Of a DNA stretch of 64,000 nucleotides, positions 9,315 to 21,825 are shown piece by piece. Location of the stretch: contig CALKAK010000126.1 of NCBI GenBank assembly GCA_937983015.1, positions 77-64,076 of the forward strand. The letters run 5' to 3'. The notes below the pieces were generated by a model. The model searched no databases. It had not been told where the DNA came from and saw only the letters and a list, made by a program, of their open reading frames with translations. The position numbers were made by a program, and so were the translations under genes. This DNA comes from an uncultured Bacillaceae bacterium (GTDB lineage Bacteria > Bacillota > Bacilli > Bacillales > Caldibacillaceae). Position 1 is the first letter of the stretch; each line of letters starts with the position of its first letter.

Positions 9315-11626
9315 TGTTGAGCAACTTCCTCCATCACGTATACTTCGAAAATGTCCCCTTCCTTAATATCATTAAAGTTCTTGATTGTGATTCCACACTC
9401 ATATCCTTGTGCGACTTCGCGTACATCATCTTTAAAGCGTTTCAAACTGTCGATTTCTCCTTCATAGATGACAATTCCATCACGGATGATGCGAACGGAA
9501 CTGTCGCGGGTAACTTTACCCTCGGTGACATATGAACCGGCGATTGTACCGACTTTCGAGACTTTGAAGATCTGCCTTACTTCGACTTGACCGATAACTT
9601 TTTCGCGGTATTCCGGTTCGAGTAGCCCCTTCATCGCCGCCTCGATTTCCTCGATCGCCTTGTAAATGACGTTGTAGAGACGGATGTCCACTTTTTCTTC
9701 CTCAGCCAGTTTTTTAGCATTGGCGTTCGGTCGGACATTAAAGCCGATGATAATGGCATTGGAGGCTTTTGCCAGGAGAATATCGGATTCAGAAATCCCC
9801 CCGACAGCGGTATGAATGATATTGACCTTTACACCCTCAACATCGATTTTTTGCAAGGATGAACTCAACGCTTCGACAGTACCTTGCACATCAGCTTTAA
9901 TGATGACATTCAACTCTTTCATCTCGCCCTCTTTCATCTGTTCAAAGAGGGTATCGAGACTGACGCGGCTTGTTTCCACCCGGGATTCTTCGAGTGCTTT
10001 TTCTTTACGTGCCTCGCCGACTTGACGTGCTGTTTTTTCATCGTCGAAGATGACGAATTTATCCCCGGCCTCAGGTACCTCGTTTAAACCGGTGATCTCA
10101 ACAGGCATTGACGGCCCGGCTTCTTTGACGCGTTTACCGAGATCATTGACCATCGCCCGTACCCGTCCATAAGTCGTACCGGCAACGATCGGATCACCGA
10201 TTTTAAGCGTTCCATTTTGCACAAGAAGTGTTGCGACGGGTCCACGACCTTTATCGAGTTTCGATTCGATTACAGTACCATATGCTTTTCGGTTCGGATT
10301 GGCCTTTAATTCTTCCATTTCGGCAACGAGTAATATCATCTCAAGTAATTGATCGATTCCTTCTCGTTTTAATGCTGAAATCGGAACGAAGATTGTATCG
10401 CCACCCCAGTCTTCAGGGATCAGTCCGTATTCGGTCAGTTCCTGCATCACTTTTTCCGGGCTAGCAGACGGCTTATCAATTTTATTCACCGCCACAATGA
10501 TCGGTACTTCAGCAGCTTTCGCATGGTTTAGTGCTTCTACTGTTTGCGGTTTTACACCATCGTCAGCGGCTACAACTAGAATGGTGATATCTGTAACTTT
10601 CGCCCCGCGTGCCCGCATTGAAGTGAAGGCGGCGTGACCGGGTGTGTCGATAAAGGTGATCTTCTTACCGTCAACATCTACTTGATAAGCACCGATATGC
10701 TGAGTGATTCCCCCGGCTTCTTGCTCGGCAACTTTTGATTGTCGGATCGCATCGAGCAAGGTTGTCTTTCCATGGTCAACGTGACCCATTATCGTTACAA
10801 CCGGCGGACGTTCAACGAGATCTTCCGGATTATCCGGTTCGATGAAGCTATCGAGATCGGTGAGATCGACGCTCACTTTTTCTTCAACTTCGACACCATA
10901 ATCGGAACAGATCAACTCGATGGCATCCTTATCCAGCTCTTGATTGATGGTGGCCATCACACCGAGCATCATTAATTTTTTGATGATCTCTGCCGGTTCC
11001 CGGTGCAATTTTTTCGCTAATTCGGCAACCGTTAAAGAATCGGTATAGGTTATTTTCTTCGGAAGTTCCTTTTCTTGTTTTACCGATTCTTCCATTTTCA
11101 CTTGTTCTTTCTGCTTTTTGATCGGTTTCTTTTTCGCTTTTTTCATGGCAAACGCTTTTTGCTCTCTAATCCGCTGTTCCTGTTCCTCTTTTTTACTTTC
11201 CTTTTTCCTCGGCTTTTCTTTATCCGGTTTCTGTTTTACTCGTGCGGGTATTTCTTCTTTTCCAGGAGCAGCACTAGCAGGAATTTGCGCTTTCGGTCGT
11301 TCATGGTGGCGCGGTCGCGTTCTCGTCTGGTCTTTTTTCATAACTGGACTTCTTTGCCGTCCTCCTTTACTGTCGCGACGCGGTCTACGTTCTCGTGGTT
11401 TATGTTCGGCCCTGCGTTCTCTGCGAGTCTGGCCATTTCTCGCTTGTCTTTCTTTCGGTTTCGCTTGTGTGTAACCGAAGGCTTCGTCCAAACGTTTGAC
11501 TGTATCTTCCGTGATGGATGACATATGATTGGTAACCGGAATGTTCATTTCTTGTAATTTTTCTATGACTACTTTACTTTGGATTTGATGTTTTTTTGCG
11601 TATTCATATACACGTATTTTTTTCAT
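9311..11626 (-). CDS. infB: Translation initiation factor IF-2
   Basis: G domain motifs [17 protein letters not shown] and NKID. The N-terminal region is K/R/E-rich and low complexity. The start was set at the ATG at 11626 ([11 protein letters not shown]), preceded by GGGGGTGA. The track start at 11650 would overlap ylxQ. Confidence 0.95.
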   Translation of the reverse strand: MKKIRVYEYAKKHQIQSKVVIEKLQEMNIPVTNHMSSITEDTVKRLDEAFGYTQAKPKERQARNGQTRRERRAEHKPRERRPRRDSKGGRQRSPVMKKDQTRTRPRHHERPKAQIPASAAPGKEEIPARVKQKPDKEKPRKKESKKEEQEQRIREQKAFAMKKAKKKPIKKQKEQVKMEESVKQEKELPKKITYTDSLTVAELAKKLHREPAEIIKKLMMLGVMATINQELDKDAIELICSDYGVEVEEKVSVDLTDLDSFIEPDNPEDLVERPPVVTIMGHVDHGKTTLLDAIRQSKVAEQEAGGITQHIGAYQVDVDGKKITFIDTPGHAAFTSMRARGAKVTDITILVVAADDGVKPQTVEALNHAKAAEVPIIVAVNKIDKPSASPEKVMQELTEYGLIPEDWGGDTIFVPISALKREGIDQLLEMILLVAEMEELKANPNRKAYGTVIESKLDKGRGPVATLLVQNGTLKIGDPIVAGTTYGRVRAMVNDLGKRVKEAGPSMPVEITGLNEVPEAGDKFVIFDDEKTARQVGEARKEKALEESRVETSRVSLDTLFEQMKEGEMKELNVIIKADVQGTVEALSSSLQKIDVEGVKVNIIHTAVGGISESDILLAKASNAIIIGFNVRPNANAKKLAEEEKVDIRLYNVIYKAIEEIEAAMKGLLEPEYREKVIGQVEVRQIFKVSKVGTIAGSYVTEGKVTRDSSVRIIRDGIVIYEGEIDSLKRFKDDVREVAQGYECGITIKNFNDIKEGDIFEVYVMEEVAQQ

Positions 11627-11639
11627 CGTTTCACCCCCG

Positions 11640-11948
11640 TTAATTTGCATCGAACAACGTCAAGAGTTTCTTGGCGAATCCTTCATCCAGTACGGCTATC
11701 GCGACCCGGGCCGGTTTACCGATCGCATTACCCAGGGTGTGACGATCTCCGGTCATCTTCACGGGGACTTGATAATACGAGCATTTATCCATGATCTTTT
11801 TTCTCGTTGTTTCTGACGTATCTTCCGCGATAATAACGAGCCGGGCGCGTCTTTTTTGAATAGCTTTTATCACGAGGTCTTCCCCCGAGGCGATCTTACC
11901 TGCCCTTTGGGCCAGACCTAGTAAGGAAAGCCTCTGTCTTTCCTTCAT
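11640..11948 (-). CDS. ylxQ: L7Ae/L30e-family RNA-binding protein (YlxQ-like)
   Basis: 102 aa, [18 protein letters not shown]...; position is ylxR-ylxQ-infB. Confidence 0.85.
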   Translation of the reverse strand: MKERQRLSLLGLAQRAGKIASGEDLVIKAIQKRRARLVIIAEDTSETTRKKIMDKCSYYQVPVKMTGDRHTLGNAIGKPARVAIAVLDEGFAKKLLTLFDAN

Positions 11949-12229
11949 TTTGTCGATTTCTTCTCCCTGGCTATATATTCGAGTAATTCGTCATACACCG
12001 CATCGGGAATCTTGACCTGGAGATGGTGTTCCAGTGTTTTTTTCTGACGTGCTTTTTGGATCACCTCTTCACTCTTGGACACATAAGCACCCCGTCCGGA
12101 TTTTTTTCCCGTTGGGTCAAAAAACACTTCGCCTTCTTTCGTACGGACGATCCGTAATAATTCCTTTTTCGGGAACATCTCCCCGGTAACGACACATTTC
12201 CGTAGCGGAATTTTCTTTTTCTTTGGCAT
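11945..12229 (-). CDS. ylxR: DUF448 RNA-binding protein (YlxR/RnpM-like)
   Basis: 94 aa, PLRKCVVTGEMFPKKELLRIV...GRGAYV; downstream of nusA. Confidence 0.85.
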   Translation of the reverse strand: MPKKKKIPLRKCVVTGEMFPKKELLRIVRTKEGEVFFDPTGKKSGRGAYVSKSEEVIQKARQKKTLEHHLQVKIPDAVYDELLEYIAREKKSTK

Positions 12230-12243
12230 CGTCTCCTCCCCCT

Positions 12244-13380
12244 TTACGATTCGTTCTGGTCGGAAAACGATTCATGAACATGTTCCAGGTCTTCCAGGGT
12301 GATGTCTTTGGAGAGCAATGGCTCTTGTTTCGGATAAATCCCCATCTCCCTGGCATCGGATTCCGATTTGATATCGATCTTCCAGCCGGTCAATTTCGCA
12401 GCCAGTCTAGCATTCTGTCCGCGTTTGCCAATGGCGAGTGATAATTGATAATCCGGTACGATTACCGTCGTCGCTTTTTCTTCTTCGTGTACGATCACAT
12501 CGAGAACTTTCGCAGGACTCAATGCATTTGCGACGAACTCGACCGGGTCATTGGAATATTTTACGATATCGATTTTTTCTCCGTTCAATTCATCCACAAC
12601 CGCTTGGACACGGGAGCCCTTGGGGCCAACGCAAGCTCCAACCGGATCGACATCTTCATGCTCGGAATAGACGGAAATCTTGGACCTGTCTCCTGCCTCT
12701 CTGGCGATGGATTTAATTTCCACAATGCCGTCATATATTTCCGGTACTTCCAGTTCGACCAGTCGTTTCAATAAATTCGGGTGGGAACGGGATACAAAGA
12801 TCTGCGGTCCTTTTGTCGTGTTCTCGACTTTTGTAATATACACTTTAATTCGATCGTTTTGCCTGTACTCTTCGTTAGGCATCGTTTCATGATAAGGCAT
12901 GATCCCTTCCGTGCGGCCGAGATTGATATAGATATTCCGTTGATCTCGCCGCTGAACGATTCCCGTGATAATATCCTCTTCCCGGTCGATAAACTCTTCA
13001 TAAATGATTTCCCGCTCCGCTTCTCGCAACCGTTGCGTGACCACTTGTTTTGCGGTTTGAGCAGCGATTCGCCCGAAGTTCATCGGAGTCACTTCTATTT
13101 CAACAATGTCCCCGATTTCATAGTTCGGATCGAGCTGTCTTGCTTCTTCCAGGGATATTTGTAACCGGGGATCCTCAACTTCCTCGACTACTTCCTTACG
13201 GGCGAATACCTTGATCACTCCGGTGGTGCGATCAAAATGGGTGCGCACGTTTTGGGCCTGGTTAAAGTTCTTCCGGTACGCGGATACGAGCGCATCTTCA
13301 ATTGCCTGGATCAATATGTCTTTTGATATGCCTTTTTCTTTCTCGAGCGTATCCAAAGCATCAAGGAGTTCATTACTCAT
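12244..13380 (-). CDS. nusA: Transcription termination/antitermination factor NusA
   Basis: 378 aa with NTD, S1 and two KH domains (MSNELLDALDTLEKEKGISKD...). Confidence 0.96.
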   Translation of the reverse strand: MSNELLDALDTLEKEKGISKDILIQAIEDALVSAYRKNFNQAQNVRTHFDRTTGVIKVFARKEVVEEVEDPRLQISLEEARQLDPNYEIGDIVEIEVTPMNFGRIAAQTAKQVVTQRLREAEREIIYEEFIDREEDIITGIVQRRDQRNIYINLGRTEGIMPYHETMPNEEYRQNDRIKVYITKVENTTKGPQIFVSRSHPNLLKRLVELEVPEIYDGIVEIKSIAREAGDRSKISVYSEHEDVDPVGACVGPKGSRVQAVVDELNGEKIDIVKYSNDPVEFVANALSPAKVLDVIVHEEEKATTVIVPDYQLSLAIGKRGQNARLAAKLTGWKIDIKSESDAREMGIYPKQEPLLSKDITLEDLEHVHESFSDQNES

Positions 13381-13414
13381 CTTCCTGGCATCCCCCTAAA
13401 CATTTTTTCAAAAA

Positions 13415-13879
13415 CTAAAATACGGATAACCGGGCCTTAGCGATTTTTTCAAAGGGAATCGTTACTATCTTTTTTCTTGCTTTGATCATGATTTCTATGG
13501 TTACCTGTTCACCATCAAACCCGGTGAGAACGCCGTGAAATTCTTTCTGGCCGTCAATGGCTTCATACGTACGTAACACCACTTTTTTGCCAATGGCCCT
13601 CTTATAGTCTTCCGGTTTCTTTAACGGTCTTTCTGCACCGGGTGAGGAAACTTCCAGGTAATAATTGTGCGGGATCGGATCGATTTCATCAAGTTTCTCG
13701 CTCAACCGTTCACTGACGATTTCACATTCTTCGATTCCCACGCCCGACTCTTTGTCGATGTACACACGTAAAAACCAGTTTTTCCCTTCTTTTACGTATT
13801 CGATGTCATAAATTTCAAGACCTAATTCCTCGACAATCGGTAAAGCAAGTTTTTCAACGGTTTCTGTAACTTTACTCAT
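13415..13879 (-). CDS. rimP: Ribosome maturation factor RimP
   Basis: The start was set at the ATG at 13879 ([20 protein letters not shown]...), preceded by AGGAGGG. Located upstream of nusA. Confidence 0.9.
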   Translation of the reverse strand: MSKVTETVEKLALPIVEELGLEIYDIEYVKEGKNWFLRVYIDKESGVGIEECEIVSERLSEKLDEIDPIPHNYYLEVSSPGAERPLKKPEDYKRAIGKKVVLRTYEAIDGQKEFHGVLTGFDGEQVTIEIMIKARKKIVTIPFEKIAKARLSVF

Positions 13880-14069
13880 ACTGGCCCTCCTGCACAAATT
13901 GAAGTTCGGCAATAGCTAATCGTTTATATCATTTGCAGCAATGGCTGTTTTCATGACCGTTCAAGAGACTGGCTCGAGTACGTAATTTGGTTCCGGGTCA
14001 CATCAGTAACCGAATTTTTAAGCGGTTTGAAAGAAGCCGTAACTTGATGAAGAACCGAAATGGAAAGCC

Positions 14070-14107
14070 CCCAACAAACAGGAAAGAGTGGGAAATTCCC
14101 ACTCTTT
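14070..14107 (-). terminator. Probable polC terminator
   Basis: Minus strand: AAAGAGTGGGAATTTCCCACTCTTT followed by CCTGTTTGTT. It lies about 175 nt after the polC stop. Confidence 0.5.
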
Positions 14108-14282
14108 CGCACCGGAGATTATCCTCGCTATTTCCAATACGAATATATCACAATCATCTGTTTAATGCAAACCCGGAATCACATCGTTTTCCGTCGAAAA
14201 AGACCACCGACTCCACATGATAGGATCGTTATCGTGTGATTCCCCGTATTTCCATAGAGGTTACCCGGTATACAAACAGGAG

Positions 14283-17200
14283 TTAGAATAAGGATAGTTG
14301 ATTTTGTTCTGGTAATGATTCCAGTGCACCATGGTTTTCCAGGTATTCCATTACGGTTTTTGATACCTTCCCGCGCATCTGCAAATCTTCTTTTGAAAGG
14401 AATTCCCCTTCTTCACGGGCTTTGACAATATTCCGGGCCACATTATCACCGAGGCCGGGAATCGTGTTGAAAGGCGGGATCAAAGAATTCCCCTCAATGA
14501 CGAATTCCGTCGCTTGCGATTTATTTAAGTCGATACGCTGGAAGGAAAAACCACGTTCGCACATTTCCAGGGCTAGTTCGAGGACGGTGACGAGATTCCG
14601 TTCCTTAGCTGTCGCCTGCATGCCTTTTTCATTGATCGTAAGGATTTTTTCGCGGATTGAATTAGCGCCTCTCACCATCGTTTCCAGATCGAAATCATCG
14701 GCCCGAACGGTGAAGTAAGTAGCATAGAAGAGAAGCGGATGGTGCACCTTAAACCAAGCGATACGCACCGCATTGATAATATATGCAGCCGCGTGAGCTT
14801 TCGGGAACATGTATTTAATTTTTTTACACGATTCGATGTACCAATCCGGTACGTGATGTTCCCGCATCGCCGTTTCCATCTCTTCCGTTAGTCCTCGACC
14901 TTTCCGCACCGACTCCATGATCTTAAAGGCGAGAGAAGGTTCCAATCCGTAATGCATGAGATCGACCATGATATCGTCGCGGCAACCGATGACTTCACCA
15001 AGCGTACAGATCCCATCTCGAATCAAGTCCTGAGCGTTACCAAGCCAGACGTCGGTACCGTGGGAGAGGCCGGAGATGACGAGGAGTTCGGAGAATTTCG
15101 TCGGCTTCGTTTCTTCGAGCATTTGCCGGACGAAGCGGGTACCAAACTCGGGAATCCCGAGGGTTCCGGTCTGGCTTAAAATTTGTTCCGGCGTGACCCC
15201 AAGCGGCTCGGTGCCGCTGAATATTTTCATAACCTCCGGGTCGTCCATCGGGATCGTACGCGGGTCGATACCGCTCAACTCCTGTAAAAGACGCAGTACC
15301 GTCGGATCATCGTGGCCGAGAATATCGAGTTTTAGGAGGTTGTCCTCGATGGAATGGTATTCAAAATGGGTTGTTCGCCATTCCGCGGTCTGATCATCAG
15401 CCGGGTATTGAATCGGCGTAAAGTCATAAACTTCCATATTTTCCGGAATAACGATGATTCCACCAGGGTGCTGACCGGTGGTTCGTTTTACACCTGTTAA
15501 TCCTTTGGCGAGCCGTTCGACTTCGGCACTGCGATAGTTGAGATTATGATCTTCTTCGTATCCTTTCACGAATCCATAAGCTGTCTTATCGGCCACCGTA
15601 CCGATCGTTCCGGCACGATAGACGTGATCTTCGCCAAATAATGCTTTTGTATAATTATGGGCCCGTGGCTGATATTCCCCGGAGAAGTTCAAGTCGATAT
15701 CGGGAACCTTGTCCCCTTTAAAGCCGAGGAATGTTTCAAATGGTATGTCATGACCGTCTTTACGGTACATGGTGCCACAGTTCGGGCACTTCTTATCGGG
15801 AAGGTCATAGCCACTTCCGACCGAACCGTCGGTAAAAAATTCGGAGTGATGGCAGTTCGGACAAACATAATGGGGCTGAAGTGGATTGACTTCGGTAATC
15901 TCGAGCGTCGTCGCGACAAAAGACGAGCCAACGGAACCACGGCTACCGACGAGATAGCCATCCTCCACCGATTTTTTAACAAGTTTGTGAGAGATCAAAT
16001 AAATAACCGCAAACCCGTTCCCGATGATACTATTTAATTCTTTTTCTAAACGCTGCTCCACGATCTCAGGCAGCGGGTCTCCATAAATTTCTTTTGCCCG
16101 CTGATAACTCATTTCTCTGATCGTTTCCTCTGCTCCTTCAATCTTCGGGGTGTACAACTTCTCTTTAAACGGCCGGACATCCTCGATTAGCGCGGCGATT
16201 TTGTTCGGGTTTTCTACAACGATCTCCTTCGCCTTTTCTTCACCAAGGAAGGAAAAGGCATCTAGCATTTCATCCGTCGTCCGGAAATGCGCATCAGGAA
16301 GGTGATTGCGGTTGTGGGCACTGGCTCCTGCTTGATAATGGAGTAAGATCTTCCGATATATTTTGTCTTCCGGGTTTAGGTAGTGAACGTTCCCCGTTGC
16401 GACAACCGGGATATTGACCCGTTCTCCGAGTTTTACAATCTTTTTAATAATCTCTTCCAGTTGGCGCTCCGATTGGATCGTCTCATTTTCCAACAACGGG
16501 GCATAGATCGCTTTAGGCATCACTTCAAGAAAATCGTAAAACTCCGCCAGTTCTTCCAGTTCCTCGAGCGGTTTTTGCATGGCGGCTTCGAATATTTCCC
16601 CGGCTGCACAGGCCGAACCGACGAGAAGCCCTTCCCGATTTTGGACCAAAACCGAGCGGGGAATGCGTGGAACGCGATAAAAATATTCCACATTCGCCAA
16701 GGATAGAATTTTAAATAAATTTTTCAGGCCGCGGTTATTCTGCACGAGCAGGGTGCAATGAAATGGGCGGCCCCGTTTATAAGCCGTTTCATTCTTACCC
16801 TTTTCGTTCAATTCATCGTGAAAATGGATTCCTTTTTCTTGTAAATCTTGAAGCATCTTCATAAAGAGATAACCGGTCGCCTCGGAATCTTCATCAGCCC
16901 GGTGATGATTTTCCAGTTCGACGTTGAATTTTTTCGCCAGCGTGTTCAAACGGTGATTTTTTAATTCCGGATACAAGAATCGTGCCAATTCCAGTGTATC
17001 GATCACGGGATTTTCAACGTTCCCATAACCGAGTTTCCGGTAGTACGCGTTGAGAAACCCGATGTCAAATGAAGCGTTGTGGGCTACAAGGATCGCATCA
17101 CCGGTCCATTCCCGGAATTGGTTGATGACCACTTCCGGATCTGGGGCATTTGCTACCATTTCATCTGTAATTCCCGTTAATTCGATTGTAAATGCGCTCA

Positions 17201-18593
17201 ATTTCTGATGCGGGTTGGCGAAAGACTGAAAGCGATCGATTATCTGGCCGTTTTTAATTTTGACGGCTCCGACTTCGATCACCTGATCATAAACGGCGGA
17301 AAGACCGGTGGTCTCTACGTCGAAGACGACATATGTTTCCTCTAAAAGTTTCCGTCTTTCCGGGTTATACGCGATCGGCACGCCGTCATCGACAACATAG
17401 GCTTCCATGCCGTAAATGACCTTGATGCCGCACTTTTTCGCTGCCTTGAATGCTTCAGGATAGCTTTGCACCGCTGCATGATCGGTAATGGCGATCGCCG
17501 GATGTCCCCACTTTTTCGCCTGAGCGATTAGCGCTTCTGCAGAGACGACCGCATCCATTTGACTCATCTTTGTGTGAGCGTGAAGTTCAACCCGTTTTTC
17601 TCCTTCCGGTGCCGTATCCACCCGTTCGGGACCTTTAATCTCATTTAAATCATTAGCAATCAGAACGAGATCGCGTACGAAGGTATCGTTCTGGACATTA
17701 CCCCGGGCGCGAATCCACATCCCTTCTTTAACCTGACGTAATTGTTCGGCACTTTCCCCATTATCCCGGGAAAACATTTTAATTAAGATCGAGTCCGTGT
17801 AATCGGTGATTTTACATTCGAGTAATGTGCGACCGCTGCGCAGCTCTTTCGTCTCAGCGCTAAACACATACCCTTCCACCACGATGCGGCGTTCTTCATC
17901 CATAATTTCATGCAGACTCCAAACTTTTTCATCGGCGGGGATGCGATAGCCGATCACAAGTGCCCCGTTTCCATTATTACCGTTCGTTTTCTTCTCGCGG
18001 TTTTTCTGCTCTAATTCTTTCATCGCCTGTTCTACTTGGAGCCGGTCCTCTTTTTCATTGGCAGCGAGGAATTTTTCATAGTCCTCCGCCGTTTCGATAT
18101 AATTTGGATCAATATCTAGAGCAAGTGGGGGGAAACCGTACTGATGAAACACCTTAGTGATGAGGGGGGCGTATTTTCTTTTAATGGTTAATGCTTCCGT
18201 TTCATTACGGACTTGAACGATCAGTTTATTCCCATTCATGCGGGGTTTTTGTTCGTTCAGCAACGTTAAAAGAGCTGGCGACATTCCTTCCAGTTGGTGG
18301 ATCACGAAATTCCAGTAACCATGGATCAATTCTTCCGTTAATTCCGGTCGTTCCACATGCAAGATGAAATCGACTTTAGCGATTTGCTGGAAGGCTTGTT
18401 TAATCCCTTTGTAAAAATCGAAAAAAACGGCGAACGGTAAAATTGCCGGCAAGGAAAAATGAAACTCCCAGCGGCGTTCTTTTTTATCGACGATCAATTT
18501 TTCAATTCGACCATTTTGGAAAAAGGGATCGTAGCGGTCGTCGTGCATGTTAATCTGCCGTAACAATATTTGAAATCGTTGCGATTTTTCCAT
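14283..18593 (-). CDS. polC: DNA polymerase III alpha subunit, PolC type
   Basis: About 1436 aa with a 3'-5' exonuclease insert ([11 protein letters not shown]) inside the PHP/polymerase core and the C-terminus ...NQLSLF. The start was set at the ATG at 18593 ([14 protein letters not shown]), which aligns with B. subtilis PolC. Confidence 0.97.
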   Translation of the reverse strand: MEKSQRFQILLRQINMHDDRYDPFFQNGRIEKLIVDKKERRWEFHFSLPAILPFAVFFDFYKGIKQAFQQIAKVDFILHVERPELTEELIHGYWNFVIHQLEGMSPALLTLLNEQKPRMNGNKLIVQVRNETEALTIKRKYAPLITKVFHQYGFPPLALDIDPNYIETAEDYEKFLAANEKEDRLQVEQAMKELEQKNREKKTNGNNGNGALVIGYRIPADEKVWSLHEIMDEERRIVVEGYVFSAETKELRSGRTLLECKITDYTDSILIKMFSRDNGESAEQLRQVKEGMWIRARGNVQNDTFVRDLVLIANDLNEIKGPERVDTAPEGEKRVELHAHTKMSQMDAVVSAEALIAQAKKWGHPAIAITDHAAVQSYPEAFKAAKKCGIKVIYGMEAYVVDDGVPIAYNPERRKLLEETYVVFDVETTGLSAVYDQVIEVGAVKIKNGQIIDRFQSFANPHQKLSAFTIELTGITDEMVANAPDPEVVINQFREWTGDAILVAHNASFDIGFLNAYYRKLGYGNVENPVIDTLELARFLYPELKNHRLNTLAKKFNVELENHHRADEDSEATGYLFMKMLQDLQEKGIHFHDELNEKGKNETAYKRGRPFHCTLLVQNNRGLKNLFKILSLANVEYFYRVPRIPRSVLVQNREGLLVGSACAAGEIFEAAMQKPLEELEELAEFYDFLEVMPKAIYAPLLENETIQSERQLEEIIKKIVKLGERVNIPVVATGNVHYLNPEDKIYRKILLHYQAGASAHNRNHLPDAHFRTTDEMLDAFSFLGEEKAKEIVVENPNKIAALIEDVRPFKEKLYTPKIEGAEETIREMSYQRAKEIYGDPLPEIVEQRLEKELNSIIGNGFAVIYLISHKLVKKSVEDGYLVGSRGSVGSSFVATTLEITEVNPLQPHYVCPNCHHSEFFTDGSVGSGYDLPDKKCPNCGTMYRKDGHDIPFETFLGFKGDKVPDIDLNFSGEYQPRAHNYTKALFGEDHVYRAGTIGTVADKTAYGFVKGYEEDHNLNYRSAEVERLAKGLTGVKRTTGQHPGGIIVIPENMEVYDFTPIQYPADDQTAEWRTTHFEYHSIEDNLLKLDILGHDDPTVLRLLQELSGIDPRTIPMDDPEVMKIFSGTEPLGVTPEQILSQTGTLGIPEFGTRFVRQMLEETKPTKFSELLVISGLSHGTDVWLGNAQDLIRDGICTLGEVIGCRDDIMVDLMHYGLEPSLAFKIMESVRKGRGLTEEMETAMREHHVPDWYIESCKKIKYMFPKAHAAAYIINAVRIAWFKVHHPLLFYATYFTVRADDFDLETMVRGANSIREKILTINEKGMQATAKERNLVTVLELALEMCERGFSFQRIDLNKSQATEFVIEGNSLIPPFNTIPGLGDNVARNIVKAREEGEFLSKEDLQMRGKVSKTVMEYLENHGALESLPEQNQLSLF

Positions 18594-18761
18594 AGCGATG
18601 CAAAATCCCCCTGTTCCAAACAAATTGCCTGAAAATCCGGCATTGGCTAATCTCGTTACCTATTATCTTATCATTTTTTCTCGCTTGTTTCTGTACCAAT
18701 TTTTTGGACGGCCTTTTTCATCTGTAATAGACGATCGCTTATCGGTACGAATCGCTTTTTC

Positions 18762-18819
18762 AAAAAAATAACCCCTTAAGTACCAGCCTTAGAAACATCG
18801 GACCCGGCACTTAAAGGGG
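18762..18819 (-). terminator. Terminator after proS
   Basis: Minus strand: CCCCTTTAAGTGCC...GGTACTTAAGGGG, a long stem followed by TTATTTTTTT. Confidence 0.6.
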
Positions 18820-18827
18820 TCGACCGG

Positions 18828-20528
18828 TTAAAACCGTTTAAAAATTTTCCGGTGTTTTTCGAGTAATTCTTCCAGAACGATTTCTTTCGATTCACCGGTG
18901 CGGCGATCTTTTACTTCAATGACACCCTCTTGGATTCGTTTACCGACGATCACCCGGTAAGGGATCCCGATCAGGTCGCTATCGGCAAATTTTACACCGG
19001 CCCGTTCATCCCTATCATCGAGCAAGACATCGAATCCCCGGGCTGTTAATGTTTCGTATAATTCCAACGCTTTTTCCCATTGCAGGGGATCTTTCCTGTT
19101 CACCACGATGATATGTAATTCATACGGTGTAATTTCTTCCGGCCAGATCAGGCCGTATTCATCGGCTTTTTGTTCGGCCACAGCCGCCAACAACCGGGTG
19201 ATACCGATACCGTAACAGCCCATGATGATCGGTTTTTCTTTACCGTTTTCATCGAGAAACGTGGCACCCATCGCTTCACTGTACTTGGTGCCCAATTTAA
19301 ACACATGGCCGACTTCGATGCCGCGGGCAAATTTGATCGTACCTTTTCCATCTGGTGATGGGTCACCTTCTTGAATAAAGCGCAAGTCCGCATACCGGTC
19401 AACCTGGAAATCACGGCCCGGATTGGCATTCAAATAGTGGAGATGTTCTTCATTCGCTCCGCATACTGCATTGACCATATATTCCACCGCACGATCGGCA
19501 ACAATTTTCACTTTTGCGTCAATCGGTCCGATATAACCGATCGAAGCCCCGAGAACCTCTTTCGTTTGTTCTGGTGTGGCGAGTTCAACGGATTGCGCGT
19601 TAAACAAGTTTTTCAATTTCACTTCATTTACCTCATGGTCACCGCGGACAAGTGCCAGTACGAATTCATCATCGACGACGAACAGAATGGATTTGATGAA
19701 TCGCTGTGGTTCGATATTTAAAAATTGGGATACCGCTTCTATTGTGCGATGTTCACCCGTATCAACTTTTTTCAATTCCCGTAGCGGTTCGTCAGGTCTT
19801 ACGTAGGTCGTCACAACCTCGGCTTTTTCGATGTTAGCCGCATAATCAGACGCGTCGGAATAGGCGATGATATCTTCACCGGAATCGGCAATTACCATGA
19901 ATTCATGGCTGCTGTCCCCACCGATGGCGCCGGAATCGGCATGCACGACCCGAAAATCGAGGCCAAGGCGGGTGAAAATTTTCGTATACGCGCTCACCAT
20001 CTTTTGATACATTTCATCGAGGCTCGCTTCATCTGCATGGAATGAATACGCATCTTTCATGACGAATTCGCGACCCCTGAGCAGTCCAAAACGAGGTCGG
20101 ACTTCATCGCGGAATTTCGTTTGAATTTGATACATTGTTAAGGGCAATCGTTTATACGAACGAACTTCATTCCGGAGCAAACTCGTGATGACTTCTTCAT
20201 GGGTCGGTCCGAGCACGAATGGACGTTCATGACGATCGGAAAGACGCATCAATTCCGGACCATAAGTATGCCAGCGTCCGGATTCCTCCCATAGTTCTGC
20301 AGGTTGCAAGGCCGGCATGAAGATTTCCACGGCACCGATGGCGTTCATTTCTTCGCGAACGATCTGTTCAATTTTATTTAAAACCTTTTTCGCTAGCGGT
20401 AAAAAAGCGTAGATTCCACTGGCTACTTGTCGGATATAACCCGCTCGCAACAGCATCTTGTGGCTGATGATTTCCGCATCTTTCGGCGTTTCTTTTAATG
20501 TTGGAATGAATAGTTGACTTTGCTTCAT
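18828..20528 (-). CDS. proS: Prolyl-tRNA synthetase (bacterial type with editing domain)
   Basis: The start was set at the ATG at 20528 ([13 protein letters not shown]), preceded by GAGGTG. Class II motifs are present. It lies 28 nt after the rseP stop, leaving no room for a T-box leader. Confidence 0.96.
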   Translation of the reverse strand: MKQSQLFIPTLKETPKDAEIISHKMLLRAGYIRQVASGIYAFLPLAKKVLNKIEQIVREEMNAIGAVEIFMPALQPAELWEESGRWHTYGPELMRLSDRHERPFVLGPTHEEVITSLLRNEVRSYKRLPLTMYQIQTKFRDEVRPRFGLLRGREFVMKDAYSFHADEASLDEMYQKMVSAYTKIFTRLGLDFRVVHADSGAIGGDSSHEFMVIADSGEDIIAYSDASDYAANIEKAEVVTTYVRPDEPLRELKKVDTGEHRTIEAVSQFLNIEPQRFIKSILFVVDDEFVLALVRGDHEVNEVKLKNLFNAQSVELATPEQTKEVLGASIGYIGPIDAKVKIVADRAVEYMVNAVCGANEEHLHYLNANPGRDFQVDRYADLRFIQEGDPSPDGKGTIKFARGIEVGHVFKLGTKYSEAMGATFLDENGKEKPIIMGCYGIGITRLLAAVAEQKADEYGLIWPEEITPYELHIIVVNRKDPLQWEKALELYETLTARGFDVLLDDRDERAGVKFADSDLIGIPYRVIVGKRIQEGVIEVKDRRTGESKEIVLEELLEKHRKIFKRF

Positions 20529-20556
20529 ACACGACACCTCATACAATCCTTATAGT

Positions 20557-21825
20557 TTAGAAATTTTTTTCAATAAAAAAGCGTTGAAAGTCGTTCCAGG
20601 TGACGGCCAGCATCAACAGCATGAGCAATGCGAAGCCGAGAAAATGGACGAGGCTCTCTTTTTCCTTTGGCACCGGTTTTCCTCTAATCGCTTCGATAGC
20701 GAAGAACATGAGTCTGCCACCGTCCAATGCGGGTATCGGCAGGAGGTTCATGATACCGAGATTGATACTTAACACCGCTCCCCACAACATGAGATCGAGA
20801 AGTCCCCGCTGTGCCATGACTTCAGTTGAAGCATAGATACCGACGGGTCCGGCGAAATCATCGATCGAGATTCCTTCGGATATTAAGTTGCCGAGAATGA
20901 TAAAAATCTGCTTTGTGTAAAACCAGGTCATCTCGATACTGTACGGCAGGGCGACAAAAAATGACCGTTCGAGCGGATGGTGAACGCCGATGATTCCGAC
21001 CCCATCTTCATCACGCGGGGTTAGATGCACCGTAAAGATCTTTCCGTCACGTTCGATTTCAAATAATAAATCTTCCCCGGGATTTCCCCTGATTATTTCG
21101 ACCATTTCTCCCCAGCTATCGATGGGCACCCCGTCGATTTTCCGGACGATGTCCCCTTCTTTTAACCCGGCTTGATGGGCGACTCCACCTTCAGCAATCT
21201 CTCCGAACTGGGCATACGGTTTTTCGACCGGAACACCAAAAAGCATCCCGATGAAGAAAAAGATGAGAGCGGCGAGTAAAAAGTTGAATAAAGGTCCCGC
21301 GACGATCGTTAACGTTCGCGCGATTAAGGATTTGGAAGAAAATTGTCGATCATAAGGAGCGATTTGTGTTTCACCTCCGCGATCGACCAGGACCGCTTGC
21401 GGATGAACTTTATAATAGACGTATTCTTCTTCATCGTCATAACCGCGGATGACCAAATCATGCTCGATATCCGCGTGATCGATTTCGATGATTTTGGCAT
21501 TCGGGTAGCGGTCCTTCTGGGTGACGATGATTTTCCGGACCACCTCTTCTTGATCGAGTTCCAGACCGACCCGCAACCCGGGATTAAGTTCGATTAATTC
21601 CGGATCTTCGCCCGCCATTCGGACATAGCCACCAAGAGGAAGTAAGCGAATCGTGTAAACCGTCTCATTGCGTTTGATCGCGAACAACTTGGGACCAAAG
21701 CCGATGGCGAATTCGCGACAAAGAATACCCGCCCGTTTCGCAAAAATAAAATGTCCGAGTTCATGGAAAAAAACGAGGGATCCAAACAGAATGATAAACG
21801 CGGTAATCGTGACGAGTGTGTTCAT
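20557..21825 (-). CDS. rseP: Site-2 zinc metalloprotease RseP/RasP
   Basis: HELGH motif in TM1, a PDZ domain and the C-terminal LPIPALDGG motif. The start was set at the second ATG (21825), giving 10-nt spacing from AAGGTGG and a 422-aa product like B. subtilis RasP. Confidence 0.93.
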   Translation of the reverse strand: MNTLVTITAFIILFGSLVFFHELGHFIFAKRAGILCREFAIGFGPKLFAIKRNETVYTIRLLPLGGYVRMAGEDPELIELNPGLRVGLELDQEEVVRKIIVTQKDRYPNAKIIEIDHADIEHDLVIRGYDDEEEYVYYKVHPQAVLVDRGGETQIAPYDRQFSSKSLIARTLTIVAGPLFNFLLAALIFFFIGMLFGVPVEKPYAQFGEIAEGGVAHQAGLKEGDIVRKIDGVPIDSWGEMVEIIRGNPGEDLLFEIERDGKIFTVHLTPRDEDGVGIIGVHHPLERSFFVALPYSIEMTWFYTKQIFIILGNLISEGISIDDFAGPVGIYASTEVMAQRGLLDLMLWGAVLSINLGIMNLLPIPALDGGRLMFFAIEAIRGKPVPKEKESLVHFLGFALLMLLMLAVTWNDFQRFFIEKNF

